Shown piece by piece: positions 33,741 to 43,083 of a DNA stretch of 64,000 nucleotides. The stretch lies in assembly GCA_021825295.1 (NCBI GenBank), contig JAKAHV010000006.1:18026-82025 (forward strand), in the 5' to 3' direction. This DNA comes from Nitrospirota bacterium. Lineage in GTDB: Bacteria; Nitrospirota; Thermodesulfovibrionia; Thermodesulfovibrionales; JdFR-88. The notes beneath the pieces were generated by a model that was not told where the DNA came from, did no database searches, and saw nothing but the letters and a program-made list of their open reading frames with translations. The position numbers were made by a program, and so were the translations under genes. The first letter of the stretch is position 1. Each line of letters starts with the position of its first letter.

Positions 33741-34592
33741 GTGGAGCTTATAGCGCTGTCAGCCGTAAGTTTTGCATATCCGGATGGCACAAGGGCGCTG
33801 ACCGGCATAGACATCTCCATCGGGGCCGGTGAAAGGGTGGCCGTGCTGGGGGCCAACGGCGCGGGCAAGTCCACCCTTTTTCAACTGTTTAACGGTCTTT
33901 TGCGGCCGACCATGGGGACCGTGACGTTCAAGGGCCGGATTGTCGAAAAGGCGTACCTGAAGGAAGTGCGCCGCATGATAGGCATGGTTTTCCAGGACCC
34001 GGACGACCAGCTTTTTTCAAATACGGTGCACCAGGAAATAGCTTACGGTCTGATCAATCTCGGTTTGACCGGCGTCCGCATGGAACAGGCCGCCTCCTGG
34101 GCGCTGCAGGTAGCGGGGCTAGCGGGCTATGAAAACAAAAGCCCTTTTAATCTGAGCGGCGGCGAGAAAAAGCGGGTGGCCCTGGCCAGCGTGCTGGCCA
34201 TGCAGCCGGAGGTCCTTGTGCTGGACGAGCCGACCGCCGCCCTCGACCCTATCGGCGCAGCCAAAATAATTAAGCTTCTTAACGGCATCAACAGTGAGCT
34301 TGGCATCACCATTGTTTTCGCGACCCATGACGTAGATGCCGTCCCGCTGCTGGCCGACCGGGTATACGTAATGGACAAGGGAGAGATCAGGCTGTCCGGC
34401 TGCACGGCGGAAGTGTTCGCCAGGAAGGACCTTATCCGCGCGCATAATCTGAGGTTGCCGCGCGTAGCCCACCTGGCCGAATTGCTGGAGCGGGACGGCA
34501 TTTGCCGCCTTCCGGCGCTCCCCCTGACCATAGGCCAGGCCAGAAAAGCTCTCCAGGAACACTTGGCGCGCGGCGGGACCGGCAATGAATGA
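33741..34592 (+). CDS. cbiO: ECF transporter ATPase CbiO
   Basis: It carries Walker A 'GANGAGKST', the signature 'LSGGEKKRVALA' and Walker B 'LVLDEPTA'. Confidence 0.9.
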   Translation: MELIALSAVSFAYPDGTRALTGIDISIGAGERVAVLGANGAGKSTLFQLFNGLLRPTMGTVTFKGRIVEKAYLKEVRRMIGMVFQDPDDQLFSNTVHQEIAYGLINLGLTGVRMEQAASWALQVAGLAGYENKSPFNLSGGEKKRVALASVLAMQPEVLVLDEPTAALDPIGAAKIIKLLNGINSELGITIVFATHDVDAVPLLADRVYVMDKGEIRLSGCTAEVFARKDLIRAHNLRLPRVAHLAELLERDGICRLPALPLTIGQARKALQEHLARGGTGNE

Positions 34593-34872
34593 ATCCCTTC
34601 CCGGCAGCCATGGAATGAACTACAAGTACTTCGTGCACCGCGACTGCGCTTTTTTCCCGTGCCATGACATCGGGGAATGGAGATCATGCCTTTTTTGCTG
34701 GTGCCCTCTTTATCTGCTGGACTGCGGCGGGGACTTCACCTTCAAAAACGGCATAAAAGACTGCTCCGGATGCACTATCCCGCATACCGCAGAAGGGTAT
34801 GACTATGTACTTCAGCTCATAGGCGGCATGAGGAAGGAAATAATATCGATTCTCGCAACAAACAGGCATTGA
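34585..34872 (+). CDS. Cysteine-rich small-domain protein (B12-associated zf-like family); alternative start at 34615
   Basis: It contains 'YFVHRDCAFFPCHDIGEWRSCLFCWCPLYLLDCGGDF...CSGCTIPH'. It is the last gene of the riboswitch-controlled operon. Confidence 0.7.
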   Translation: MNESLPGSHGMNYKYFVHRDCAFFPCHDIGEWRSCLFCWCPLYLLDCGGDFTFKNGIKDCSGCTIPHTAEGYDYVLQLIGGMRKEIISILATNRH

Positions 34873-34898
34873 CAAACCGGGGGATGGGAAGCTATAGT
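34869..34898 (+). promoter_or_regulatory. Promoter (TTGACA-18-TATAGT) upstream of the OM channel gene
   Basis: The -35 lies at 34869..34874, overlapping the upstream stop codon. The -10 lies at 34893..34898. Confidence 0.5.
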
Positions 34899-35057
34899 AG
34901 CACCATATTAAAAAAAGTGCTACTAAGTATCCATGGACGGTATCTACCGGGGAGGGCGCTGCCCGCTGGCTTTTCCGATAATAATATGGGCCTGCTGCGC
35001 AAGGTCCCGCCCAAAATTTTTTTCTTTTTTGGTAGCACGATTTTAAAAAAAGTAATA

Positions 35058-35085
35058 AATTCCCTGCAGCAAGCTGCAGGGAATT
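35058..35085. promoter_or_regulatory. Perfect 12-bp-arm palindrome AATTCCCTGCAG-CAAG-CTGCAGGGAATT just upstream of the OM channel SD
   Basis: I read it directly from the sequence. It has no U-tract, so it is either an operator or an RNA hairpin. Confidence 0.45.
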
Positions 35086-35107
35086 GCAAGTTAAACGAGG
35101 AGGGCAC

Positions 35108-35875
35108 ATGAAAAGGCTTGTTAAACAGTGGATGTTGTCCGCATCCATGATTTTGATCCTTTGCAGCCCGTCTTTTGCCGCCCATCCGCTTATCACCGAC
35201 GACACCGGCACTCAGGGCAGGGGGAATTTCCAGCTTGAAGTAAACGGCGGATACGGGCATAACGAGGACGACGGGACCACGACAAAAGAGTCCCAGGTTT
35301 CAACCACGCTCACGTACGGGATATCAGAGCCGGTGGACATCGCAATAGGCCTGCCCTGCCAGCACATCCGGACGGAAGGTCCGGGCGGCGGGACATCCGA
35401 TTACGGGATATCCGATTTCTCCCTTGAAGTGAAGTGGCGGTTCTGGGAAAAGGACGGCCTGAGCTTTGCCCTGAAACCCGGCATCACCCTTCCGACCGGA
35501 GACGAGGAAAAGGGGTTGGGCGCCGGGGACGCGACATGCCATCTGTTTTTCATCGGGACGAAGGAGATAAGGCCGTGGGCGTTCGACCTGAACCTGGGAT
35601 ACATCAGAAATCAAAACGATATTGGCGAAGAGAAGGACATCTGGCATGCGTCCCTTGCCGCTACGGTTGAAGTTGCAAGGAAACTCAAACTGGCCGGCAA
35701 TATCGGCGCCGAGCGCAACAACGTCAGGAACCTCAACACGCCCCCCGCCTTCATCCTGGGGGGATTGATCTATTCCCTGTGGCAAAACTTCGACATCGAC
35801 GGCGGGGTCAAACGAGGTTTGACCAGGCCGGCGGAGAACTATACGCTCCTTGCCGGCATTACATGGAGGCTTTGA
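35108..35875 (+). CDS. Outer-membrane beta-barrel channel (MetA-pathway/phenol-degradation-like transporter family)
   Basis: The start is at MKRLVKQ after a GAGGAGG SD. It has a signal peptide ending in SFA-AHP, the 'LITDDTGTQGRGNFQLE' motif, and a C-terminal aromatic-rich strand. Confidence 0.65.
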   Translation: MKRLVKQWMLSASMILILCSPSFAAHPLITDDTGTQGRGNFQLEVNGGYGHNEDDGTTTKESQVSTTLTYGISEPVDIAIGLPCQHIRTEGPGGGTSDYGISDFSLEVKWRFWEKDGLSFALKPGITLPTGDEEKGLGAGDATCHLFFIGTKEIRPWAFDLNLGYIRNQNDIGEEKDIWHASLAATVEVARKLKLAGNIGAERNNVRNLNTPPAFILGGLIYSLWQNFDIDGGVKRGLTRPAENYTLLAGITWRL

Positions 35876-35929
35876 TAGACATGCCGGAAACACGGCCCGT
35901 TTCTGCTGGCCAGGGGAGTATCCTGACGC

Positions 35930-36493
35930 CTATCTCTTATTGAACCTGTTCATCGCCGCCTCCACGCCCTCCGTGATTATGTCCACTACGGCCTGGGCGG
36001 CCGTGGACACGGCCTCGGCGATAAGCGGGACCTCGTCTTTGCTGAATTTCTCCAGGACATAGACCTCGGCGGGCTTCGAGGGCTCCCGTCCGATGCCGAT
36101 CTTTACCCTGATGAAATCCCTCGTGCCCGTCTGCCTGATCACGGAGTCCACGCCCTTGTGCCCTCCGGCGGACCCGCTTTTCCTTATCCTTATCCTTGCC
36201 GTCTCCAAGTCCAGGTCGTCGTGGACGACGATCAGGTTTCGGGGGGCGATGTTTTTTTCCCGGAGGACGCGCCTGACGGCGGCGCCGCTTAGATTCATGT
36301 AGGTGAGGGGCTTCACCAGGAGCACGTCCTGCCCGTCAATCCGGGCCTGCGCTTCGGCAAGCTCCTTGCCGGAGGAGAGACGCCAGCCGGCCCCAAGGCG
36401 CTCCGCCAGCTCATCGACCACCATGAAGCCAGCGTTATGACGGGTCTTCAGATGCCTTCTCTCAGGGTTGCCAAGACCGGCCACGGCCCACAC
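35930..36493 (-). CDS. pth: Peptidyl-tRNA hydrolase
   Basis: It carries 'GLGNPERRHLKTRHNAGF' and 'VVHDDLDL'. Confidence 0.92.
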   Translation of the reverse strand: MWAVAGLGNPERRHLKTRHNAGFMVVDELAERLGAGWRLSSGKELAEAQARIDGQDVLLVKPLTYMNLSGAAVRRVLREKNIAPRNLIVVHDDLDLETARIRIRKSGSAGGHKGVDSVIRQTGTRDFIRVKIGIGREPSKPAEVYVLEKFSKDEVPLIAEAVSTAAQAVVDIITEGVEAAMNRFNKR

Positions 36494-36502
36494 GAAAATG
36501 GT

Positions 36503-37171
36503 CTATTTTTCCGCCTTCGTCTTGGTCTCTTCCTCTTCCTTTTCCTTGCCCTTCTTTATGACCTCGGGCTCCGCGGCCTCCGCGGCAGCCGCGGCAGGCG
36601 CCACTTCCTCCTCCGCCTTCGGCACGGCCACGCTGGCTATCACCTCTTCAGCGGGGGTAAGCACCTTTATCCCTTCCGGCAGGCTGAGGTCCCGCACATG
36701 GAGGGAATGGCCGGCCCCAAGACCGGAGACATCCACTTCAATGTGGCCGGGTATGCTGTCCGGAAGGCACTCGATTTCTATCTGGGAGACTCCATACTGG
36801 AGCGCGCCCCCGTCCCTCTTGACGCCGATCGGCTCTCCCGTGATGCGGATCGCCGCGACGACCTTTATCATCTCCTTCAGCGAGACCTCGAAAAAATCCG
36901 TATGCAGGAGCTCTCTATTGACGGGGTCCACCTGATAGTCCTTGACAAGGGCAAGACGGCTCTCGCCGCCAGGGAAGGCCAGGTTCACGATTACCTGCTC
37001 CCCGCCGGAACGGTGAAGAAAGCGGCCCAGCTCGGCCTTGTCGAGCTGTATGGGAAGTGATGATCCCTCCCTGTAGAGGACCGCCGGTATCACGCCCCTT
37101 CTCCTCAGAGACCTGGCAACCCCTTTACCGGAGGTCTCTCTCCTTTCGGCCTTTATGCTAATCCTTTCCAC
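36503..37171 (-). CDS. rplY: 50S ribosomal protein L25 / general stress protein Ctc
   Basis: It has the 'RRRGVIPAVLY' L25 N-domain and an acidic/Lys-rich tail, in the pth-ctc-prs context. Confidence 0.9.
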   Translation of the reverse strand: MERISIKAERRETSGKGVARSLRRRGVIPAVLYREGSSLPIQLDKAELGRFLHRSGGEQVIVNLAFPGGESRLALVKDYQVDPVNRELLHTDFFEVSLKEMIKVVAAIRITGEPIGVKRDGGALQYGVSQIEIECLPDSIPGHIEVDVSGLGAGHSLHVRDLSLPEGIKVLTPAEEVIASVAVPKAEEEVAPAAAAAEAAEPEVIKKGKEKEEEETKTKAEK

Positions 37172-37183
37172 TTTGTACCTCCT

Positions 37184-38125
37184 TCAAACAAAAAGGGAAC
37201 TTATTGAGGACTCCTCATGGATCCTCTTTATCGCCTCGGCAAAAAGGGGCGCCACGGAAAGCACTTTCAGCTTCGGGCACTGCTCCTTCTTGCTGTCCAG
37301 GGGGATCGTGTCGGTTACAATCAGCTCCTCGATGGCGGAGGAGTTTATCCTCTCCACGGCCGGGCCGGAGAGCACCGCGTGCGTGCATGCCGCGCATACC
37401 TTCCTGGCGCCCTTGTCCTTCAGGGCCTGGGCGGCCTGCGTAATCGTGCCGGCCGTGTCTATCATGTCGTCCAGTATCACGACGTCCCTGCCGTCCACAT
37501 CGCCCACCACGTTCATGACCTGGGAGACGTTGGCGCTCTCCCGCCGCTTATCTATTATCGCTATCGTGGCCTTCAGCCGCCTGGCGAAGTTCCTGGCCCT
37601 CTCCACGCCCCCGGCGTCCGGGGAGACGATGACGAGGTCCTTGAACTCGCGGCGCTTTATATATTCGAAGAGGACCGGGGACCCGTAGAGGTGATCCACC
37701 GGGATGTTGAAGAAACCCTGTATCTGGCCGGCGTGCAGATCCATCGCCAGCAGCCTGCTGGCGCCCGCCACTGTAAGCAGGTCCGCCACAAGCTTGGAGG
37801 AGATGGGGACCCTGGGCTGCACCTTCCTGTCCTGCCTGGCGTATCCGTAATAGGGCATGACGGCCGTTATCCTGCCCGCGGAGGCCCTCTTGAGGGCGTC
37901 AATCATGAGCAGCAGCTCCATGAGGTTTTCGTTTACGGGAGTGCAGGTGGACTGGATGACGAAGACGTCCGAACCCCTTACGTTCTCCGTTATCTGAAGC
38001 ATTATCTCCCCGTCGCTGAAGCGGGTGATGGTGGCTGATGTCTCGGGCACCTCCAGGTGCTCCGATATGGCCCGGGAGAGCGCCTTGTGCGAATTGCCAG
38101 AAACAAGTCTGATACCAACCGGCAT
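37184..38125 (-). CDS. prs: Ribose-phosphate pyrophosphokinase
   Basis: It carries 'YYGYARQDRK' and the 'VILDDMIDTAGT' PRPP-binding loop. Confidence 0.93.
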   Translation of the reverse strand: MPVGIRLVSGNSHKALSRAISEHLEVPETSATITRFSDGEIMLQITENVRGSDVFVIQSTCTPVNENLMELLLMIDALKRASAGRITAVMPYYGYARQDRKVQPRVPISSKLVADLLTVAGASRLLAMDLHAGQIQGFFNIPVDHLYGSPVLFEYIKRREFKDLVIVSPDAGGVERARNFARRLKATIAIIDKRRESANVSQVMNVVGDVDGRDVVILDDMIDTAGTITQAAQALKDKGARKVCAACTHAVLSGPAVERINSSAIEELIVTDTIPLDSKKEQCPKLKVLSVAPLFAEAIKRIHEESSISSLFV

Positions 38126-38169
38126 AAGTCCGACCCCCTGATTCCGTTATCCTATTTTATTAAATATGA

Positions 38170-38241
38170 CTGGGGCGGGAGGATTCGAACCTCCAAATGG
38201 GAGATCCAAAATCTCCTGACTTGCCCTTTGTCTACGCCCCA
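38170..38241 (-). tRNA. tRNA-Gln (anticodon UUG)
   Basis: The reverse complement folds as a cloverleaf. The acceptor stem is UGGGGCG/CGCCCCA (U1-A72, G73, as in bacterial tRNA-Gln). The anticodon arm is GGAGA-UUUUGGA-UCUCC and the T arm is GGAGG-UUCGAAU-CCUCC. CCA is not encoded. Confidence 0.9.
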
Positions 38242-38251
38242 TCTTCACTTT

Positions 38252-39094
38252 TCACGACCCGCAAACCGTCCTGGCGGCCACACACCACCAATCCATCCTT
38301 GACGCGGCCTTCCGCGCCATCTGCCCGTCCGGGAAGACGCCGAAGACGGCCGAACCGCTGCCGCTCATCCTGGTGTACAGGGCGCCTTCCTCCCTCAGCG
38401 CGGTCTTTATGCGGCCTATTTCCGGAAAGGCGGGCAGCACGCCGGCCTCGAGGTCGTTTTCACCCAGGGCCTCCAGCCGGTCCAACTCCCCATCCTTTAA
38501 AGCACGAATGAAGAGTTTAATATTCTCCTCGGCTTTTGTCAACCCGCTGTAGCGCGCGATGGAGCGGTATGCCCAGCCGGTCGAAACGCCGAAGGAAGGT
38601 TTCACCAGGAGCAGGTCCAGGGGCCGTTCGAGCCCTACGGGCATTGTCTGCTCCCCCCTGCCGGAGACCAGCGCGCACGGGGGACCGAGGAAAAAAGGCA
38701 CGTCGGAGCCCAGCTTCGCCCCGAGCATCGAAAGCTCCGCCTGCGAGAGGCCCAGCCCCCAGAGCCGGTCAAGCCCCAGCAGGGCGGCCGCGGCATCCGA
38801 GCTGCCCCCGCCAAGCCCCGCCTCTGAGGGTATGTTCTTCCTGAGCGTCATCCGCGCCCCCCTTTCGGCGCCGGTGTGCTCCTTCAGCAGCAGGGCCGCC
38901 TTCCAGACGATATTTTCAGCCACGGGTATCGGGCAGTCTGAATCGAGCGAGAGGGAATCCGCGGGCTCGAAGGTCAGCCGGTCCGAGAGGTCAACGCGCT
39001 GCATGAGGGAGCGGATTTCATGGTAGCCGTCGTCGCGCTTGCCCGGGATGTAAATGAACCAGTTGATCTTGGCGGGGGCAAGCAGGGTCAGCAT
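38252..39094 (-). CDS. ispE: 4-diphosphocytidyl-2-C-methyl-D-erythritol kinase
   Basis: It has the 'APAKINWFI' N-terminus and the GHMP kinase motif 'IPSEAGLGGGSSDAAA'. Confidence 0.9.
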   Translation of the reverse strand: MLTLLAPAKINWFIYIPGKRDDGYHEIRSLMQRVDLSDRLTFEPADSLSLDSDCPIPVAENIVWKAALLLKEHTGAERGARMTLRKNIPSEAGLGGGSSDAAAALLGLDRLWGLGLSQAELSMLGAKLGSDVPFFLGPPCALVSGRGEQTMPVGLERPLDLLLVKPSFGVSTGWAYRSIARYSGLTKAEENIKLFIRALKDGELDRLEALGENDLEAGVLPAFPEIGRIKTALREEGALYTRMSGSGSAVFGVFPDGQMARKAASRMDWWCVAARTVCGS

Positions 39095-39100
39095 CTCGCG

Positions 39101-40843
39101 CTATTTCTCGAGTTGCTTTATCTTGTCTTCCACCCTCGCCCTTAGGCCCTTTTGCCCGGAGCCGTACTCGATGGACTTCTTCCATGCGCCGATCGCGTCC
39201 TGGGGCCTGTCCAGGGACCTGTAAACATCGCCCAGGTGTTCGAGTATGACTGGGTCGTTCTTCACGAGGCCGACGGCGCGGGTAAGCTCGGCAAGGGCGT
39301 CGCTGAACCTTCCCATCTTGTAATAGACCCAGCCAAGGCTGTCGGCTATATAGCCGCTGCGGGGTTTCAGTTTTATCGCCGTTTCAATGAACTTCAGGGC
39401 CTCGTCGAGCTTTATGCCCTTCTCGGCATAGCTGTAACCAAGGTAATTCAGCGCGTCCGCGTGTGAGGGGTTTATCTCGATTGCCCGCTTCATCTGCGCC
39501 ACCATATCGTCGAACCTGCCGGCCTTCTCATAGGCCATGCCAAGATAGAAATGAATCTCGTCGTCGCTGGGAAACTTCTTCGCCCCTTCGGAGAGGACTG
39601 ACTGCGCCTTGTCATAATCCTTCATGTCGAGATAAAGGGAGCCCAGGTAGATGTAGACGTCGGGCTTGCTTTTGTCCAGGGCGAGGAGCTTCTGGTAAAT
39701 GGAGATTGCCTGTTCCCTCTGCCCGAGTTCCGTCAGCACGCCGCCCAGAAAAAGCATGGCCTGGGTGTTGCCGGGCTCGTTCTTCAGTATTTTCTGCAGC
39801 TCGCCGGCGGCCTCCTGCGGCCTTTTAAGCTCCTCAAGGGCATAGGAAAGATAATACCTGGCGCGGTCGTCGGCCGGGTTTTTGGCGAGTATTATCCTCA
39901 GCTCCTCAACGGCCTTGTCGAACTTCCCGTCCTCGATGTAGAGCACCGCCAGCCTCTTGTGGACATCGGCGTTGCCGGGGTCGAACGCCTTTATCTTCTC
40001 GTACTCATGGATGGCCTTCTGCCTCTGGCTGCTGCGGATGTAGAGCTGCCCGAGCCGCTCCCTGGCCTGCATATTGTGCGGGTTGGCGCGGACAGCGGCC
40101 TCGTAATACCCGCTGGCGGCCTTGACGTCCCCTTTCATCTCGCTCATTATGCCCAGGTAGAAGTTGGCGTTTTCGGATTCCGGCTTCTGCTCGACCACCA
40201 GTTTAAGGCATGCGGCCGCCTTGTCATAGTCCTTCTGGTCGAAGTATATGAGGCCCAGGTAGTAATTGGCCATGACGTCGTTTTTGTTTTTGGCGATGAG
40301 CCCTTCAAGCAGGCGGCGTCCCTTGTCGTAATCGCCCTTGGACGCGTACAGCACGCCGGCCAGGAGCATGGCGTCCCTGTTGCCGGGATCGGTTTTCAGG
40401 ACCTTTTCGTAAACCCCGATCGCCTTGTCCTTCTCGCCCTGGCTGTTATAAAGCTCGCCCAGAAGAAGCAGGGCCTGCAGGTCGCCCGGCTTGAGCCTGA
40501 CGGCCTCGCTTACAACGTTCACGGCCTCATCCATCCTGCCCATCTTCAAAAGCACCGTGCCCATCTGAAGCCTTATGCCGGAGGAATCGGGGTCCGATTT
40601 CAAGGCCTGCCTGTAATGGCGAAGGGCGTTTTCCCACTTGCCGGCCATCTCGTCCTGATAGCCGAGGATGAATTCGTAATCGGCCTGGCTCTCGTTTCTG
40701 GCCGCCGCGGTCAGTGCGTGGCCGGCGGCCGGCTGAAGCTGTGTCTGTCCGGGCGCTCCATGGGCCGGGTCTGCGCCCCAGGCAGGGGTCATTATGGTCA
40801 TCGCAAGAAGTGCGGAAAGCGGCAAGGACAAAAACCTTCTCAT
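39101..40843 (-). CDS. Periplasmic TPR-repeat protein
   Basis: The start is at MRRFLSLPLSALLAM (signal peptide), followed by more than 12 TPR units. Confidence 0.8.
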   Translation of the reverse strand: MRRFLSLPLSALLAMTIMTPAWGADPAHGAPGQTQLQPAAGHALTAAARNESQADYEFILGYQDEMAGKWENALRHYRQALKSDPDSSGIRLQMGTVLLKMGRMDEAVNVVSEAVRLKPGDLQALLLLGELYNSQGEKDKAIGVYEKVLKTDPGNRDAMLLAGVLYASKGDYDKGRRLLEGLIAKNKNDVMANYYLGLIYFDQKDYDKAAACLKLVVEQKPESENANFYLGIMSEMKGDVKAASGYYEAAVRANPHNMQARERLGQLYIRSSQRQKAIHEYEKIKAFDPGNADVHKRLAVLYIEDGKFDKAVEELRIILAKNPADDRARYYLSYALEELKRPQEAAGELQKILKNEPGNTQAMLFLGGVLTELGQREQAISIYQKLLALDKSKPDVYIYLGSLYLDMKDYDKAQSVLSEGAKKFPSDDEIHFYLGMAYEKAGRFDDMVAQMKRAIEINPSHADALNYLGYSYAEKGIKLDEALKFIETAIKLKPRSGYIADSLGWVYYKMGRFSDALAELTRAVGLVKNDPVILEHLGDVYRSLDRPQDAIGAWKKSIEYGSGQKGLRARVEDKIKQLEK

Positions 40844-41064
40844 GTACGAATTATCGCATAAAAACGGAAAAACGGGCAACTTCCCCCCCGCCTTTTCCAA
40901 AACCCTTGCTCTCATCCCCCGGAACCGGCAGCGGGAGTCAGTTTGATTAAACACCGGGCGACTGCCCGCTGCATTGCCGAACTGACCCGTTACCCTGAAA
41001 CCGGCCGCGTGGGAGACGACAGGGCGCTCATGTTATAATTCTTTTTTAAAGGAGGACTTCCGTC

Positions 41065-42189
41065 TTGCGCAACAAGAAGTCTGAAGGTCCCGCAGGCATA
41101 AAGGGGCTGGTGAGGCCAAACGTCCTTGCTCTGACGCCATATGACGCCAAAGAGATACCATGCCTGGTAAAGCTCGACGCAAACGAAAGCCCGTATGCAA
41201 GACCCGTGGGCCCCGGTATCCTGAAGGCGGTAAAGACCAACCGCTACCCGGACCCTCTTGCCATCGACGTCAGGCGGGCCTTCGCGAAGCGGATGCTCCC
41301 GGCCAGGACGGGCATGGACTGGGTGCTCCATGGCAACGGCTCAGACGAGCTCATATATAACCTTATATGCACATTCGGGGGCCCCGTCGTCTACCCTACC
41401 CCCACGTTCTCCATGTACGGCAAGATCGCCCAGGCGCTCGGGGTGAAATCCGCCGGCGTTCCGCTGGCCGGGGATTTCGAAATAGACGACGCCGGGATGC
41501 TGAGGGCACTTGCGGGCGGCAAAACCGGCATCGCCTTCATAAGCAGGCCCAATAACCCCACCGGAAACAGTTTCTCCGAGGAAAAAATACTGAGGATAAT
41601 CGGCAGGGCGCAGGGGATAGTGGTAGTGGACGAGGCATACCAGCCCTTCTCGGGGAAAAAAAGTTTCCTGAGGCATCTGGGCAGACACAAAAATCTGGCC
41701 GTCCTCATGACGCTCTCAAAGGTCGGTTTTGCCGCCCTCAGGGTCGGATTTCTCGCGGCCCGTCCGGAACTGATAGCCGAGGTAAACAAGGTGAGGCTGC
41801 CGTTCAACGTGAATTCATATTCGCAGGCCGCGGCGGCTGACGCGCTGCGTAATTTCGGGCGGCTCGAAGGCGGCATCAGGAAGGTGGTGTCCGAAAGAAA
41901 ACGGGTGTTTGAAGCGCTTTCACGGATGAAAGGGGTGACCCCATATCCCTCCGACGCCAACTTCATATTGTTCAGGGTCCCGCTTGATCCCGCAAAGGTC
42001 TATCGCCTTGCGTTAAAGGAAGGTGTTCTTCTGAGAAACCTCAGCCCCGCCGTGGACGGCTGCCTCAGGGTCACAATCGGGACCAGGAAGGAAAACAGCG
42101 CCTTCATCGAATCCATGAAAAAGATGACCTCGGGCGGGCAGGCGGTGAAAAAGTCCGGGACATCCGGGGAAAAGAGGGTCCGGAAATGA
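41065..42189 (+). CDS. hisC: Histidinol-phosphate aminotransferase
   Basis: A class II aminotransferase with PLP lysine in 'TLSKVGFAALRVGF' and 'NRYPDP'. Confidence 0.9.
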   Translation: MRNKKSEGPAGIKGLVRPNVLALTPYDAKEIPCLVKLDANESPYARPVGPGILKAVKTNRYPDPLAIDVRRAFAKRMLPARTGMDWVLHGNGSDELIYNLICTFGGPVVYPTPTFSMYGKIAQALGVKSAGVPLAGDFEIDDAGMLRALAGGKTGIAFISRPNNPTGNSFSEEKILRIIGRAQGIVVVDEAYQPFSGKKSFLRHLGRHKNLAVLMTLSKVGFAALRVGFLAARPELIAEVNKVRLPFNVNSYSQAAAADALRNFGRLEGGIRKVVSERKRVFEALSRMKGVTPYPSDANFILFRVPLDPAKVYRLALKEGVLLRNLSPAVDGCLRVTIGTRKENSAFIESMKKMTSGGQAVKKSGTSGEKRVRK

Positions 42190-42785
42190 GCCGCGCGCGA
42201 AAGGCCGCAATCGAGAGGAACACAAGGGAGACGCGTATCTCCCTGGAGCTGAACCTGGACGGCTCGGGCGACTACCGGGTGAAGACCGGCATGCCGTTTT
42301 TCGACCACATGCTGTGCCTGATGTGCAGGCACGGCCTCATGGACATGAAGCTCAAGGCAAAGGGGGACGTGGAGGTGGACTATCACCACACGGTGGAGGA
42401 CGTTGGCATAACGCTCGGCAAGGCGTTGAAGGACGCCCTTGGCGCGATGAAAGGCATAAAGAGGTACGGGTTTGCCTCGGTGCCGATGGACGAGAGCATC
42501 GCCCAGGTGAGCCTCGACATCAGCGGAAGGCCATATCTGCACTACAAGGTCTCTTTCCCCCAAAAGGGGAAAATAAAGGACTTTGAGGCGGACCTGGTCG
42601 AGGATTTTCTGCTTGCCTTCGCCTCGAACGCGGGGGTGACGCTCCATGTCCAGGTGCCCTACGGGAGAAACCTGCACCACATGATAGAGGCCATCTTCAA
42701 GGCCCTCGGGAGGGCGCTGATGGATGCCGTCTCCATCGAGCCCAGGGCAAAAAAAGAGCCCCCTTCCACAAAGGGCAGGATATAA
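42186..42785 (+). CDS. hisB: Imidazoleglycerol-phosphate dehydratase
   Basis: It carries 'RNTRETRISLELNLDG', 'HHTVEDVGI' and 'GRNLHHMIEAIFKALGRAL'. Confidence 0.93.
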   Translation: MSRARKAAIERNTRETRISLELNLDGSGDYRVKTGMPFFDHMLCLMCRHGLMDMKLKAKGDVEVDYHHTVEDVGITLGKALKDALGAMKGIKRYGFASVPMDESIAQVSLDISGRPYLHYKVSFPQKGKIKDFEADLVEDFLLAFASNAGVTLHVQVPYGRNLHHMIEAIFKALGRALMDAVSIEPRAKKEPPSTKGRI

Positions 42786-42832
42786 TCTTCCTTCCGGCTT
42801 GATTTGCGGGCCCGAATCCGGGAAAATTTTAA

Positions 42833-43020
42833 AGAACCTATCTCAAAATTGATTTTGAAGCGAAAGAGAGAAGAAATCGTGGCAGACAAGGAAGAAAGGG
42901 GAAATCGCCCGGAGGCGCGGCAGTCCCGCCAAGGCGGGATTGAGGACGATTTTCCCTGTATGACGCCGTATGCCGCGATTTCAACCTCTTGCAGCCAGAA
43001 GCGGTTTTGAGATAGGTTCT
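42833..43020. repeat. Y-family MITE-like element (Y2, full-length copy)
   Basis: It has 16-bp TIRs, AGAACCTATCTCAAAA and TTTTGAGATAGGTTCT. The whole element is an imperfect long palindrome. It contains the core GCAGTCCCGCC-AAGG-CGGGAT. Confidence 0.75.
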
Positions 43021-43083
43021 AATGAACCTCCCCGCCGCAGAGACGGCGGGGTATTGAAAATTTAATAAAGGAGACAACCGGCA

